Shown: positions 28,263-38,806, numbered from the stretch's first letter. The stretch is DNA of 64,000 nt from an uncultured Acidobacteriota bacterium (GCA_963770895.1 CAVYRF010000001.1:288001-352000); one strand, 5' to 3'. Notes: generated from the sequence alone by a model not told the origin. Translations and numbers: made by a program.

Positions 28263-29723
28263 TCAGGGAACTTTTTTTCGCAGGCTGACGGCGAGCGGGT
28301 CGAAGTCCGCCGCCGGGATCGTCTCGTAGGCGCCCAGGCGCTTGCTGAGATCGGCACCGAAGGCGGCGGCGTTGCCGACCAGCACGATCACACAGCTGTC
28401 CGGATGGATGCGCCCGCCGGCAAAGCGCTGGATCTCGGCGGCCGAAACCGCGCCGATGCGGTCGCGGTAGCCGTCCAGGAAGTCGCGGCCGCGGCCGTGC
28501 GCCAGGGCGCTGACGATCCGCCGCGTGACCCCGGGCGCGGTTTCGATCTCGAGCGGAAAGGAGCCGTTCAAGTAGGTCTTGGCTTCGTTCAGCTCCGCCG
28601 CCGGCACCGGCTCCTTGGCCATGCCGGCGATCACCTCCAGGGTGAGCTCCAGCGCGTCGACCGTGGACGCCGTCTTGGTCGAGGTGAAGGCGGTGAAGCT
28701 GCCGCTGTAGAGGTTTTCGGCGAAGCTGCTGTAGGCGCCGTAGGCCAGCCCGCGCTTGCGGCGGATCTCCTGGAAGAGGCGGAACGAGCTGCCGCCGCCC
28801 AGGACGGTGGCATAGAGGCGGCCGACGAACAGGTCCGGGTCGCCGTAGGCGTAGGCGGCCTGGCCGACGCGGATCTCCGTCTGCACCGCGTCGGGCTTGT
28901 CGACGACCACGATGCGCCGGTGGGCGTAGGCCGGCAGGTTGAGCGCCGGCGGCTGCGGCGCCGCGCCGCGCGCCCAGCCGCCCAGGGTGTGGTCGATAGC
29001 GGCCAGCGCCGCCGCCGGTTGAAAGTCGCCGGCCACCGCCAGGATGGCGCCGTTGGGCAGGTAGTGCGCGCGCTGGAACGCCACCAGGTCGTCGCGGGTC
29101 AGCGCCGCGACCGATTCCGTGGTGCCGCCGAGCGGCGCCCCGTACGGATAGGCGCCGAAGATCGCCCGCTGGAACGCGGTATCGGCGATCCAGCGGGCGC
29201 TCGACTTGCTGATCGCAAGGTTGCTGGTCGCCTGGTGGCGCCAGCGCTCCACCTCGTCGGCGGGGAAGGTCGGATGGAGCACCACGTCGGACACCAGGTC
29301 CAGCGCCAGGGGGAGCTGGTCGGAGGTGAAGGTGGCCGTCACCAGGGTGAAGTCGGCGGTCGCGGAGGCTTCCAGCTGGCCGCCCACGTCGTCGGCGGCG
29401 GCGGCGATCTGCTGCGCCGAGCGGCTGGCCGTGCCCTTGGTGAGCAGGTCGGCCGCGGCGCTGGCCAGGCCGGCCTTGGCCGCCGGCTCGAACAGCGCTC
29501 CAGCCGGCAGCAGCAGCTCGACCGTCACCGCGGGCTCGGTGTGCCGTTCCACGGTCACCACCCGCAGGCCGTTGGCCAGGGTACGTTCGGCGAAGGCGGG
29601 GAAGCGCAGCTCCTGCATCGGCTGCGGCGGCGGCGGGGTCGCCGGCACGGCCGGCGAGGGTCCGGCCGCGGCCGCCGCCAGCAGCGCCGCCAGCAGCAGC
29701 GGGCGAGTCACGGTCTGGCTCAT
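28263..29723 (-). CDS. M16B peptidase, non-catalytic subunit (secreted)
   Basis: Signal peptide; LANGLRV; no HxxEH; LGGGSSFRLFQEIRRKRGLAYG (R/Y substrate motif). Confidence 0.88.
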   Translation of the reverse strand: MSQTVTRPLLLAALLAAAAAGPSPAVPATPPPPQPMQELRFPAFAERTLANGLRVVTVERHTEPAVTVELLLPAGALFEPAAKAGLASAAADLLTKGTASRSAQQIAAAADDVGGQLEASATADFTLVTATFTSDQLPLALDLVSDVVLHPTFPADEVERWRHQATSNLAISKSSARWIADTAFQRAIFGAYPYGAPLGGTTESVAALTRDDLVAFQRAHYLPNGAILAVAGDFQPAAALAAIDHTLGGWARGAAPQPPALNLPAYAHRRIVVVDKPDAVQTEIRVGQAAYAYGDPDLFVGRLYATVLGGGSSFRLFQEIRRKRGLAYGAYSSFAENLYSGSFTAFTSTKTASTVDALELTLEVIAGMAKEPVPAAELNEAKTYLNGSFPLEIETAPGVTRRIVSALAHGRGRDFLDGYRDRIGAVSAAEIQRFAGGRIHPDSCVIVLVGNAAAFGADLSKRLGAYETIPAADFDPLAVSLRKKVP

Positions 29724-31231
29724 GGGTGGGCTCCCCCATCCTTGGCGTCGCCGGCGGCGCCCGGTGGTCGCATGGCTTCGGGCAGCATCAGGACGGTGGT
29801 GCAGTTCTGCGGCATGAAATAGGTCCTGGCCACGCGCTGGACGTCGGCGGCGGTGACCTGCTCGTAGCGCTGCAGATCGTGATTGACCCGCGACAGGTCG
29901 CCCAGGATGACGCTGGCGTAGCCGATGGCGTCGGCCTTGTCCTGCGATCGTTCGCGGCCGAAGACGCGCCCCGCCACCACCTGGTTGCGCGCCGTTTCCA
30001 GCTCCGCCGCGCTGACCGGTTGGGCGACCAGGCGGTCGATCTCCTCTTGCAGCGCCCCGACGCCCGCCTCCGGCTTCTGGTTCTGCTGCAGGATGGCGTA
30101 AAAGAAGAACAGGCCGGGGTCTTCCAGGGTGACCGGCTGGCCCGCGGCGTCCACCGCGATCTGCCGCTCGTAGACCAGCTTGCGGTAGATGCGCGAGCTC
30201 TCACCCCCCGAAAGGATGTGGCTGGCGATCTCCAACGCGTAGACGTCGGCGCTGCGCGCCGCGGGTCCGTGGTATGCCAGGATCACCGCCGGCAGCGGCG
30301 CCGTGCTGTCGTAGACCACGGTGCGCCGCGGCGCGGTCTGCGCCGGTTCGGGCGGCGCCGCGCGATCGATGGGCGCTCCCTGCGGGATGGGGCCGAAGTA
30401 CGCTTCGACCTGGTGCAGGGCGCGGGCGGGGTCGAAGTCGCCGGCGATCACCAGGGTCGCGTTGTTGGGCACGTAATAGGTGCGGTAGAAGTCGCGCACG
30501 TCGCCGATGGTGGCGGCATCCAGGTCCACCATGCTGCCGATCGGCAGGCTGTGGTAGGGATGGGTCGTGTAGGCGTTGCCGAAGACGATTTCCGCCAGGT
30601 GGCCGAAGGGGCGGTTGTCGGTGTTCTGGCGGCGCTCTTCCTTGACCACCTCGCGCTCGGAGCGGAAGTTGTCTTCGGAGACGTCGAGCGTCTGCATGCG
30701 GTCGGCTTCCATCCACAGGATGCGGTCCAGGTAGTTGCTGGGGATGGTTTCGAAGTACAGCGTCCGGTCCCAGTCGGTGGTGGCGTTGTCGCGCCCGCCG
30801 ATCGATTCGATGAAGTGGCTGTGCTCTTCGGCGCCGATGTGGGCGGAGCCCTTGAACATCAGGTGCTCGAACAGGTGGGCAAAGCCGGTGCGCCCGCGGC
30901 GCTCGTTCTTGCTGCCGACGTGATACCAGACCTCGACGGTCGCCACCGGCACCGAGTGGTCTTCGAGCAGCAGCACCTGCAGGCCGTTGGGCAGCTGGTG
31001 CTGCTGTACGTCGAGCGCCGGCGGCGTCACCTGGATGGGCAGCGCCAGGGCCGGGGCCGCTGCCACCCCCGCGACGATCGCCGCCAGCGCCGCCAGCGCC
31101 GCCAGCGCGATCAGTGCGGTCAGCCTGGCCACCGTCGCCGGCCTCGCGAGGTGGGCGATTGCCGGGATTGCCGCGGCGGCCCGCGGCCGGCCCGGGGGCC
31201 GCTGGGGAGCAGGGTTTGAGGAGCTTTGCAT
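29720..31231 (-). CDS. M16B peptidase, catalytic subunit (secreted)
   Basis: GFAHLFEHLMFKGS (HxxEH), EREVVKEERR, YVPNNATL; overlaps partner by 4 nt; start uncertain. Confidence 0.9.
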   Translation of the reverse strand: MQSSSNPAPQRPPGRPRAAAAIPAIAHLARPATVARLTALIALAALAALAAIVAGVAAAPALALPIQVTPPALDVQQHQLPNGLQVLLLEDHSVPVATVEVWYHVGSKNERRGRTGFAHLFEHLMFKGSAHIGAEEHSHFIESIGGRDNATTDWDRTLYFETIPSNYLDRILWMEADRMQTLDVSEDNFRSEREVVKEERRQNTDNRPFGHLAEIVFGNAYTTHPYHSLPIGSMVDLDAATIGDVRDFYRTYYVPNNATLVIAGDFDPARALHQVEAYFGPIPQGAPIDRAAPPEPAQTAPRRTVVYDSTAPLPAVILAYHGPAARSADVYALEIASHILSGGESSRIYRKLVYERQIAVDAAGQPVTLEDPGLFFFYAILQQNQKPEAGVGALQEEIDRLVAQPVSAAELETARNQVVAGRVFGRERSQDKADAIGYASVILGDLSRVNHDLQRYEQVTAADVQRVARTYFMPQNCTTVLMLPEAMRPPGAAGDAKDGGAHP

Positions 31232-31389
31232 CCGATCGCCTCCAGGTCGCGCCGACGGCCGCCGGCAGCCAGACAACGCCCGCGCAGGTGCTGCCGGCGG
31301 CAGCGGCGCAAGCCTACCATGCGCTACCGCGCGGCCGGGGCGCGAAGGGGGGTTGGCGCGGCCGGCGCCGGCGCGGTAGGGTACGCGCC

Positions 31390-32319
31390 ATGAAAGAGCC
31401 AATTCCCCTTCGCACCGTTGCTGCCGCCCCCTGGGTGTTCACCGTCCTCTGGTCTGCCGCCGTGTGCGGGTGTGTGCTGTTGAGCGCCGCGCCCGCTGCC
31501 GCGGCGCCGCCGGCGGCCGGCACCTCCTCCTCGGCCTCCGCGACCGGCATGGCGGCGGCTTCCTCCGGCGCCGAGCCGGCGGCGATCGCGGCGCCCGCCG
31601 ACGTCGCGGCGCCGCCGGCCGACGCCACGGTGACCGCCTCGGGTCTCGCCAGCAAGGTGCTGCAGCCCGGCACCGGCACCGTGCACCCGCTGCCCACCGA
31701 CAAGGTGAAGGTGCACTACACCGGCTGGACCACCGACGGCAAGATGTTCGACTCGTCGGTCCAGCGCGGCCGGCCGGCGGTGTTCCAGCTCGACCAGGTG
31801 ATCTCGGGTTGGACCGAGGGCGTGCAGCTGATGGTCGAGGGCGAAAAGCGGCGCCTGTGGATCCCGGCCAAGCTGGCCTACGCCGGTCGCGCCGACCGGC
31901 CGCAGGGGATGCTGGTGTTCGACGTCGAGCTGCTCGACGTCCTGCACCTGCCCGACGTGCCTGCCGACGTCGCCGCGCCGCCGGCCGACGCCCAGAAGTC
32001 GGCGTCAGGGCTGGCGTGGAAGGTGCTGGTCCCCGGCACCGGCACCAAGCACGTCTCCTCGACCGGCAACGTCATCGTCCACTACACCGGCTGGACGACC
32101 GACGGCAAGATGTTCGACACCACGATCATCAAGGGGTCGCCGGCGCTGTTCCAGCTGCCCAAGACCATCCCCGGCTGGCGCGAGGGCCTGCCGCTGATGG
32201 TCGAAGGGGAGACGCGGCGCTTCTGGATCCCCAAGAAGCTGGCCTACCGCGGCGAAACCGGCAAGCCCGATGGGATGCTGGTGTTCGACGTGAAGCTGGT
32301 CAAGATCACCAAGCAGTAA
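31390..32319 (+). CDS. FKBP-type peptidyl-prolyl isomerase with two FKBP domains, exported
   Basis: Duplicated VHYTGWTTDGKMFD and GMLVFDV; signal peptide. Confidence 0.92.
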   Translation: MKEPIPLRTVAAAPWVFTVLWSAAVCGCVLLSAAPAAAAPPAAGTSSSASATGMAAASSGAEPAAIAAPADVAAPPADATVTASGLASKVLQPGTGTVHPLPTDKVKVHYTGWTTDGKMFDSSVQRGRPAVFQLDQVISGWTEGVQLMVEGEKRRLWIPAKLAYAGRADRPQGMLVFDVELLDVLHLPDVPADVAAPPADAQKSASGLAWKVLVPGTGTKHVSSTGNVIVHYTGWTTDGKMFDTTIIKGSPALFQLPKTIPGWREGLPLMVEGETRRFWIPKKLAYRGETGKPDGMLVFDVKLVKITKQ

Positions 32320-32359
32320 CCGCCTATCAACGGTAGTGCCTCGGTGAGCCACTACCCGA

Positions 32360-33007
32360 TCAACGACGGCGGGCGGTCGCCTTGCGCGCGCCGCCGCCGT
32401 CGCTGCCGCCGCTCAGCTGGGGGTGGCGGTAGCACGACACCAGGTGGTCGTTGACCAGCCCCACCGCCTGCATGAAGGCGTAACAGATGGTGGGGCCGAC
32501 GAAGGTGAAGCCGCGCGCCCGCAGCTCGCGGCTGAGGGCGCGCGACTCGGCCGTTTCGGCCGGCACCTGACCTGCCGCGGCCCAGCGGTTCTGGCGCGGC
32601 GCGCCGCCCGCCGACTCCCATAGGAAGCTGCCCAGGCCGCCGCGCTCCTGCTGCAGGTCCAGAAAGGCGCGGGCGTTGCGCACCACGCCGGCCACCTTCA
32701 GCCGGTTGCGGATGATGCCCGCATCGGTCAGCGCCGCGGCGATCTCGGCGTCCCCCCAACGCGCCAGCCGCCGGGCGTCCCAGCCGGCGAAGACGCGCCG
32801 GTAGTGGTCGCGCCGGCGCAGGATGGTGCTCCACGAGAGGCCGGCCTGGGCGCCCTCCAGGTTGAGCATCTCGAACAGGGCGTCGTCGTCGCGCAGCGGC
32901 GCCCCCCACTGCTCGTCGTGATAGGCCCGCATCAGCGGGTCGTCGCCCGCCCACGGACACCGCACGACGTCAGCCGGCGGCCGGCCGGAGGACTTGGCGG
33001 GGCTCAT
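32360..33007 (-). CDS. tag: DNA-3-methyladenine glycosylase I
   Basis: RCPWA, YHDEQWG, LEGAQAGLSW, IIRNRLK, GFTFVGPTICYAFMQAVGLVNDH. Confidence 0.95.
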   Translation of the reverse strand: MSPAKSSGRPPADVVRCPWAGDDPLMRAYHDEQWGAPLRDDDALFEMLNLEGAQAGLSWSTILRRRDHYRRVFAGWDARRLARWGDAEIAAALTDAGIIRNRLKVAGVVRNARAFLDLQQERGGLGSFLWESAGGAPRQNRWAAAGQVPAETAESRALSRELRARGFTFVGPTICYAFMQAVGLVNDHLVSCYRHPQLSGGSDGGGARKATARRR

Positions 33008-34779
33008 CGCGTCGCCTGTCCCTTGCCGGTGGGCGGCGGGGCGGGCGGGTTGGTCGCCGGGTGTGGCGGGGTCGCCGGGGGTGTGGCGGTCGCCGGGGGC
33101 GCCGGTGGGGTGGGCGGCGCCGGCGGCAGGGACTTGCGCGGCAGCATGGCGGGGCGGGTCGCCGCGTTATAGAGGACGGCGGCCAGGACGACCGACGCCT
33201 GCATCAGGTCCTTGTCTTCGAGGTACTCGTAGACGTCCAGGTTGGTGTGGTGGGTAAAGGTCTCGTAGTCCAGCTCGTCCTGGATGAACTGGAAGCCCGG
33301 CAGGCCGACGCGATCGAACGAGACGTGATCGGTCGAGCCCGTCGTGCGCATCGTCACGTGGTCGGCGCCCAGGTCGGCCAGCGGCGCGAGCCAGCTGCGG
33401 AAGATGGGAACCAGGGCGGCGTTTTCCTCGGCGTAGAGGCCGCGCACCTTGCCGCTGCCGTTGTCGATGTTGAAGTAGGCGGACAGCTTGGCGTAGTCGG
33501 GCTTGAGCGTCAGCGTGCCGGCCGCCACCGGGCCGGACATGAAGGACGGCTGGCCGGCAGGCGTGCCGGGCGGCGGCGGCGGCTTGACCGCGAAGTGCTC
33601 GGTCACGTACGCCTCCGAACCGAACAGACCTTCCTCTTCGCCGGTCCACAGCGCAGCCCGCACGGTGCGGCGCGGTTTGACATGGAGGGCCGCGAGGATG
33701 CGCATCGCCTCCATCACCACCGCACAGCCGGCGCCGTTGTCGGTGGCGCCGGTGCCGGCATGCCACGAGTCGAGGTGCGCGCCGGCCATCACCAGCTCGC
33801 CCGCCGGATCGGTGCCGGGGATCTCCGCCACGGTGTTGTAGGCCATGGGGTCGTCCGTCAGGTAGCGCGCTGCGACGTCGACGCTGAGCTCGACCTTCTG
33901 GTGGGCATCCAGCAGCCGCAGCAGGCGGTCGTACTGCTCGCCCGCCATCACCAGGCCGGTCACCAGCGGCGGGTCGCTGTCGTGATAGAAGCCGCTGCCG
34001 CCGACGCGCAGGATGCCCAGCGGCGCGGTGCTCACCTCGATCGTGGCCAGCGCCTTTTCTTCCTGCGCCAGCCTGCGCTTGGCACGGCGCAGCTCGCCGG
34101 CCTTGCGGCGCGCGTCGCGTTCGGCCGAGCGCGGGCCCGGCGCGTCGAAGGCGGCGAGCTCGTCGAGCGTCACGGCGTCGTAGCGCCGCGGCGGCGCGGT
34201 GCGCGCGGCGGCGGATTCGTCGCGCGCCGCGTCGATCAGCACGATCTTGCCCGCCAGCTTGCCGCGGTAGGCGTCCAGGTCGGCGAGGGTCGCGGCCGGC
34301 AGCGCCACCGCTTCGCCGCGCACCTCGCCCTGGGTGCCGGGCGTCCACGCCAGCGGCAGCACCGCCAGCTGGGCCTGGCGCGGCGCGACCATCGCCACCA
34401 CGGCGCGGCTCCACGTCCAGCCGCGGCCGAACTTCCAGCCCTCCAGGTGGGCGTTGGCCAGGCCCCAATCGGCGAGCTGGCGGCGCGTCCACTCGTTGGC
34501 CTCCTTGAGCGCCGGGCCGCCGGTCAGGCGCGGGCCGATGCGGTCGGTCAGGTAGGCCATGGTCGCCATCACCTGCGAGCGGTGAAAGCCCTCGTCGCGG
34601 ATGCGGGTGATCATGGCCAGGTCGACGTGATCGCCCCGCTCGCCTGCCGCTTCGTCGTCGTTGCGGGCGTGGGAACGGTCCTGCGGTTTGCCGGCGGCGG
34701 CGCCGCGGGTGGCGGGTGCGGCGACGGCCAGGCCGGCGGCGACCAGCAGGGTCAGCAACAAGGCACGAGTGCGGGACAT
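33004..34779 (-). CDS. Secreted M28 peptidase (carboxypeptidase Q-like)
   Basis: GPRLTG, GAHLDSW, GATDNGAG, WTGEEEGL, TDHVSF, THHTNLD; SD ggaggt before MSRTR. Confidence 0.9.
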   Translation of the reverse strand: MSRTRALLLTLLVAAGLAVAAPATRGAAAGKPQDRSHARNDDEAAGERGDHVDLAMITRIRDEGFHRSQVMATMAYLTDRIGPRLTGGPALKEANEWTRRQLADWGLANAHLEGWKFGRGWTWSRAVVAMVAPRQAQLAVLPLAWTPGTQGEVRGEAVALPAATLADLDAYRGKLAGKIVLIDAARDESAAARTAPPRRYDAVTLDELAAFDAPGPRSAERDARRKAGELRRAKRRLAQEEKALATIEVSTAPLGILRVGGSGFYHDSDPPLVTGLVMAGEQYDRLLRLLDAHQKVELSVDVAARYLTDDPMAYNTVAEIPGTDPAGELVMAGAHLDSWHAGTGATDNGAGCAVVMEAMRILAALHVKPRRTVRAALWTGEEEGLFGSEAYVTEHFAVKPPPPPGTPAGQPSFMSGPVAAGTLTLKPDYAKLSAYFNIDNGSGKVRGLYAEENAALVPIFRSWLAPLADLGADHVTMRTTGSTDHVSFDRVGLPGFQFIQDELDYETFTHHTNLDVYEYLEDKDLMQASVVLAAVLYNAATRPAMLPRKSLPPAPPTPPAPPATATPPATPPHPATNPPAPPPTGKGQATR

Positions 34780-34922
34780 CGCGACCTCCATGGGCAAGGA
34801 CGTTGAGTGGCGCGGCGCGCCATTTTATAGCCGTTCCCCAATGATCTGGCCGTTCCCATATGATCTCGGCAGATCGCGGCGCGCAGGGGCGCGCGCCGCC
34901 GGTGTCCCGGACCATGAGGAAG

Positions 34923-35411
34923 ATGCGACCCATCACCGCTGCCGACCTGATGAACCCGACCGTGCTGGCCGTGCGCGACGACATGACGCTGCGCGAGCTG
35001 GCCGCCTTCCTGGTGCGCAACCAGATCACTGGCGCGCCGGTCGAAGACGGCGGCGGCCGCTTGGTGGGAGTCGTGTCAACGGTGGACATCGCCGAAGCCG
35101 TCCTGGAGAGCGCCGGCGAAAGCGGCGAGCCCGCCGCGGCGGGCAGGGCGGAAGGCGGCTTCTTCGCTCTCGATTGGGAGGAGGAGCCGGACGAAGACGA
35201 CCTGGCGGACCTGCGCCGGGCGGAGGAAGACCTCCTGGTGCGCGACATCATGACGCCTTCGGTCTACTCGGTGAGCGAGGACGCCACCGTCTCCGAGATC
35301 GCCAGCCGCATGCTCGACAGCCACGTCCACCGGCTGCTGGTCACCCGCGAAGGGCGGCCCGTCGGCATCATTACAACCTCAGATTTATTGGGATTGCTGA
35401 TCGACGAGTGA
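34923..35411 (+). CDS. CBS-pair domain protein
   Basis: AADLMNP...ITGAPV...LVGVVS and VRDIMTP...HRLLV...VGIITTSDLL. Confidence 0.88.
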   Translation: MRPITAADLMNPTVLAVRDDMTLRELAAFLVRNQITGAPVEDGGGRLVGVVSTVDIAEAVLESAGESGEPAAAGRAEGGFFALDWEEEPDEDDLADLRRAEEDLLVRDIMTPSVYSVSEDATVSEIASRMLDSHVHRLLVTREGRPVGIITTSDLLGLLIDE

Positions 35412-35582
35412 GGGGGGGGCGCGCCGTGGCGCACAGCCGCCGCCGCCGCACTCCTGCCTTCTTTCCTCTGCCGCCAGCTGCACGTGCACTGATCGATCCG
35501 ACGGGTCGCCCGGATCGCCGGGCCGGGATCGCCGCGCCCGTTCCGCGCCGGCATGCATATCGCGTCACGATGTAATTCCGTT

Positions 35583-35642
35583 GTCACATCTGTGACGTCT
35601 TCTTGACAGTGTTGTGCCGGTCCACTACCTTATGTTGCAACA
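35583..35642 (+). promoter_or_regulatory. Sigma70-type promoter of the porin-yjcH-actP operon, flanked by two palindromes
   Basis: TTGACA (35603-08), 17-bp spacer, TACCTT (35626-31); GTCACA-n2-TGTGAC at 35583-96 and TGTTGCAACA at 35633-42. Confidence 0.65.
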
Positions 35643-35821
35643 AGTAAGGGCAGCAACCTGAGGAGCAGGAGGGACCGCGCCGGTGCAGGCCTGCAACTCG
35701 ATATAGGACAATACTTTATGGCGGCCTAATGGGTGGTGGGGGCGAAGCCTGCTCCGGCCCGCCCAATGTGTCTTGCATCAACTTGCCTGTCTTGCAGGCA
35801 GATCGAGAAAGGATGATACTC

Positions 35822-36919
35822 ATGCGAGTCAACGTGAAGCGAACGGGTTGGACGGCCTTGGCTGTTGCGGCGGGCCTGCTGGCCTTCGGCGGCCGGCCGG
35901 CCAAGGCACAGTTGCAGTTCAGCTCGGCCGACGGCAGCACGTCGCTCAAGCTGGGTGTGCTGGGTCAGATCCAGGCCCAGGACATTGACAATGACAGCGC
36001 CACGGACAAAGAAAAAGACCTGTATTTCCGCCGCCTGCGGTTGCTCGGGCAGTTCAAGCTGGGCGACAACCTGACGGTGTATTTCGATACCGACGATCCC
36101 AACCTGGGCAAGGGCACCGGCACCGGCGGCAAGAACACCGCGACAACGATGTACATCCAGGACTTTGTCGTGACCTATTCGTTGGCCCATGAATTCATGA
36201 TCGACGGCGGCGAAATCCTGACTCCCAACAGTTACAACCACCTGCAGTCGGCCGGCTCGCTGCTGCCCCTGGACTACGGTGCGTTCAGCTTCAACGAGAC
36301 GACGGCGCTCGGCGCCAACGTCGGCCGCGACTACGGCGCGCAGCTGCGCGGCTACCTGGCGAGCGACCACCTGGAGTACCGTGTCGGCGTCTTCCAGGGC
36401 GCCCGCGGCATCGACGACACCAACTCCTTCCGCTACGCCGGCCGGCTGTCGCTCTACGTCTTCGGCGCCGAAACCGGGCTGTTCTATCGCGGCACCTCGC
36501 TGGGCAAGACCCAGACCATGGAGTTCGGCGGCAGCTTCGACCGGCAGAAGGACTACTCGTCGTATGACGGCGACTTCTTCTGGGATCAGCCGGTCGGCAA
36601 CGGCGACGGCTTCACCGTGCAGTTCGACTACACCACCCTGGACGGCGGCTCCTTCCTGACCACGCTGCCCAAGCAGCACACGATCCTGGGCGAAGTCGGC
36701 TACTACCTGGGCGCCATCAAGACCCAGCCCTTCTTCCAGTACAGCGACGACAAGTTCAACAACAACGTCGAGCCCGACCAGACCCACTACACCTTCGGCC
36801 TGGGCTACTACTTCGTCGGCAACACCTCCAACGTCAAGCTCGCGTACTCCCGCATCCAGGAGACGGCGAACCCAAATCGCAATCAGTTGCAGCTGCAGTA
36901 CCAGATCTTCATTTGGTAG
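35822..36919 (+). CDS. Outer-membrane porin (OprO/P-like beta-barrel)
   Basis: Signal peptide, FRRLRL motif, GRDYGAQ, alternating aromatic beta-strands, C-terminal YQIFIW. Confidence 0.75.
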   Translation: MRVNVKRTGWTALAVAAGLLAFGGRPAKAQLQFSSADGSTSLKLGVLGQIQAQDIDNDSATDKEKDLYFRRLRLLGQFKLGDNLTVYFDTDDPNLGKGTGTGGKNTATTMYIQDFVVTYSLAHEFMIDGGEILTPNSYNHLQSAGSLLPLDYGAFSFNETTALGANVGRDYGAQLRGYLASDHLEYRVGVFQGARGIDDTNSFRYAGRLSLYVFGAETGLFYRGTSLGKTQTMEFGGSFDRQKDYSSYDGDFFWDQPVGNGDGFTVQFDYTTLDGGSFLTTLPKQHTILGEVGYYLGAIKTQPFFQYSDDKFNNNVEPDQTHYTFGLGYYFVGNTSNVKLAYSRIQETANPNRNQLQLQYQIFIW

Positions 36920-36943
36920 GACACTCTAGCGATCGGAGGGGGC

Positions 36944-37249
36944 ATGGCAACAAGGTCGACGCACGAGATGCTTGAGTCCGAGGATTTCAAGCGGCTGGTC
37001 CGCGGCAAGTGGACGATTTCGATCGTCCTCACAATCCTGCTGTTCATCGTGTATTACGGCTTCATCATCCTGATCGCCGTCGACAAGCCGTTCCTGGCGA
37101 CCAAGATCGGTGAATACACGACGCTCGGCATCCCGATCGGCGTCGGCGTGATCGTCGCCGCCTGGGTGCTCACCGGCGTCTACGTCAACTGGGCCAACCG
37201 CGTCCAGGACGTCGAAGTCGCGCGACTCAAGGCCGGACTCAACCGGTAG
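36944..37249 (+). CDS. yjcH: DUF485 / YjcH small membrane protein
   Basis: Two TM helices, YYGFIILIA, YVNWAN; directly upstream of actP. Confidence 0.88.
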   Translation: MATRSTHEMLESEDFKRLVRGKWTISIVLTILLFIVYYGFIILIAVDKPFLATKIGEYTTLGIPIGVGVIVAAWVLTGVYVNWANRVQDVEVARLKAGLNR

Positions 37250-37267
37250 GCAAAGGCAAGGAGCCCC

Positions 37268-38806
37268 ATGCAGACCGCGATAGGCACTCCCACAACCTCC
37301 GCCATCCTCTTCTTTGTCGCCATCGTCATCGTCACGCTCGGCGTCACCTATTGGGCCGCCAAGCGCACCCGCTCCACCAAGGACTTCTACGCCGCCGGCC
37401 GCAGCGTCAGCCCGTTGCAGAACGGGCTGGCGCTGTCCGGCGACTACATGAGCGCCGCGTCGTTCCTGGGCATCGCCGGCATGGTGGCGATGAAGGGCTT
37501 CGACGGCATGATCTACGCCACCGGCTGGCTGGTGGGCTGGCCGGCCCTGATGTTCCTGATCGCCGAGCCGCTGCGCAACCTGGGCAAGTTCACCTTCGCC
37601 GACGTCGTGGCCTTCCGGCTGCGGCAGGCGCCGGTGCGCATGGCCTCGGCGGTCGGCGGCGTCCTCACGGTGCTGATCTACACCATCGCGCAGATGGTGG
37701 GCGCCGGCCTGCTGATCAAGCTGATGTTCGGCATCCCGTACGTGTACGCCGAGCTGGTCGTCGGCGGCGTCATGCTGATCTACGTCCTGTTCGGCGGCAT
37801 GATCGCCACCACCTGGGTGCAGATCATCAAGGCGGTGCTGCTGTTGGGCGGCGTCACCATCATGACGCTGATGGTTTTGGCGCAGTTCGATTTCAATCCC
37901 TTCCACCTATATGCCGCGGTGTCGCAGAAGTTGGGCCAGAAGGCGCTGGAGCCGGGCGGCCTGGTGACCAACTCGCTGGACGCCGTGTCGCTCGGCCTGG
38001 CGCTGATGTTCGGCCTGCTCGGCCTGCCGCACATCCTGATGCGCTTCTACACGGTGCCGGACGCCAAGGCGGCGCGCAAGTCGGTGCTCTTCGCCACCGG
38101 CTTCATCGGCTACTTCTACATCATCATTCCGATCGTCGGCTTCGGCGCCTCCATCCTGGTCGGCCGCGACGTCATCGGCAAGATCGACAAGGCCGGCAAC
38201 ATGTCGGCGCCGCTGCTCGCCGAAGTCCTGGGCGGCACGCCCTTCCTGGGCTTCATCGCCGCCGTCGCCTTCGCCACCATCCTGGCGGTGGTCGCCGGCC
38301 TCACCCTGGCCGGCGCCTCGGCGCTGTCGCACGACATCTACGTCAACGTGGTCAAGAAGGGCCAGGCCACTGAAGCCGAGCAGGTGCGGGTGGCGCGCAT
38401 CGCCACCTTCATCTTCGGCCTGGCCGCCATCCTGCTGGGCGTGCTGTTCGAACACCAGAACGTCGCCTTCATGGTGGGGCTGGCTTTCGCGGTCGCCTGC
38501 AGCGGCAACTTCCCGGCGCTGCTGATGTCGATCGTCTGGAAGCGCTTCACCACCGCCGGCGCCGTCTGGGCCAGCCTCAGCGGCTCGCTGCTGGCCGTCT
38601 TCCTGATCATCATCAGCCCCACCGTCTGGGTGGACGTCCTGCACCACAAGGAAGCCATCTTCCCGCTCAAGAATCCGGCCATCTACTCGATGCCCATCGC
38701 CTTCCTGGTCGGCATCGTCGTGTCGCTGCTCACCAGCGAGCCCTCGGCCGTGGCCGCCTTCGAAGACGAAAAGCTGCGCACCTACCTGGGGGTCGGCGCC
38801 GAGTAG
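37268..38806 (+). CDS. actP: Cation/acetate (monocarboxylate) symporter, SSS family
   Basis: FYAAGRS, QNGLALSGDYMSAASFLG, GMIATTWVQIIKA, LPHILMRFYTVPDAKAARKS. Confidence 0.92.
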   Translation: MQTAIGTPTTSAILFFVAIVIVTLGVTYWAAKRTRSTKDFYAAGRSVSPLQNGLALSGDYMSAASFLGIAGMVAMKGFDGMIYATGWLVGWPALMFLIAEPLRNLGKFTFADVVAFRLRQAPVRMASAVGGVLTVLIYTIAQMVGAGLLIKLMFGIPYVYAELVVGGVMLIYVLFGGMIATTWVQIIKAVLLLGGVTIMTLMVLAQFDFNPFHLYAAVSQKLGQKALEPGGLVTNSLDAVSLGLALMFGLLGLPHILMRFYTVPDAKAARKSVLFATGFIGYFYIIIPIVGFGASILVGRDVIGKIDKAGNMSAPLLAEVLGGTPFLGFIAAVAFATILAVVAGLTLAGASALSHDIYVNVVKKGQATEAEQVRVARIATFIFGLAAILLGVLFEHQNVAFMVGLAFAVACSGNFPALLMSIVWKRFTTAGAVWASLSGSLLAVFLIIISPTVWVDVLHHKEAIFPLKNPAIYSMPIAFLVGIVVSLLTSEPSAVAAFEDEKLRTYLGVGAE

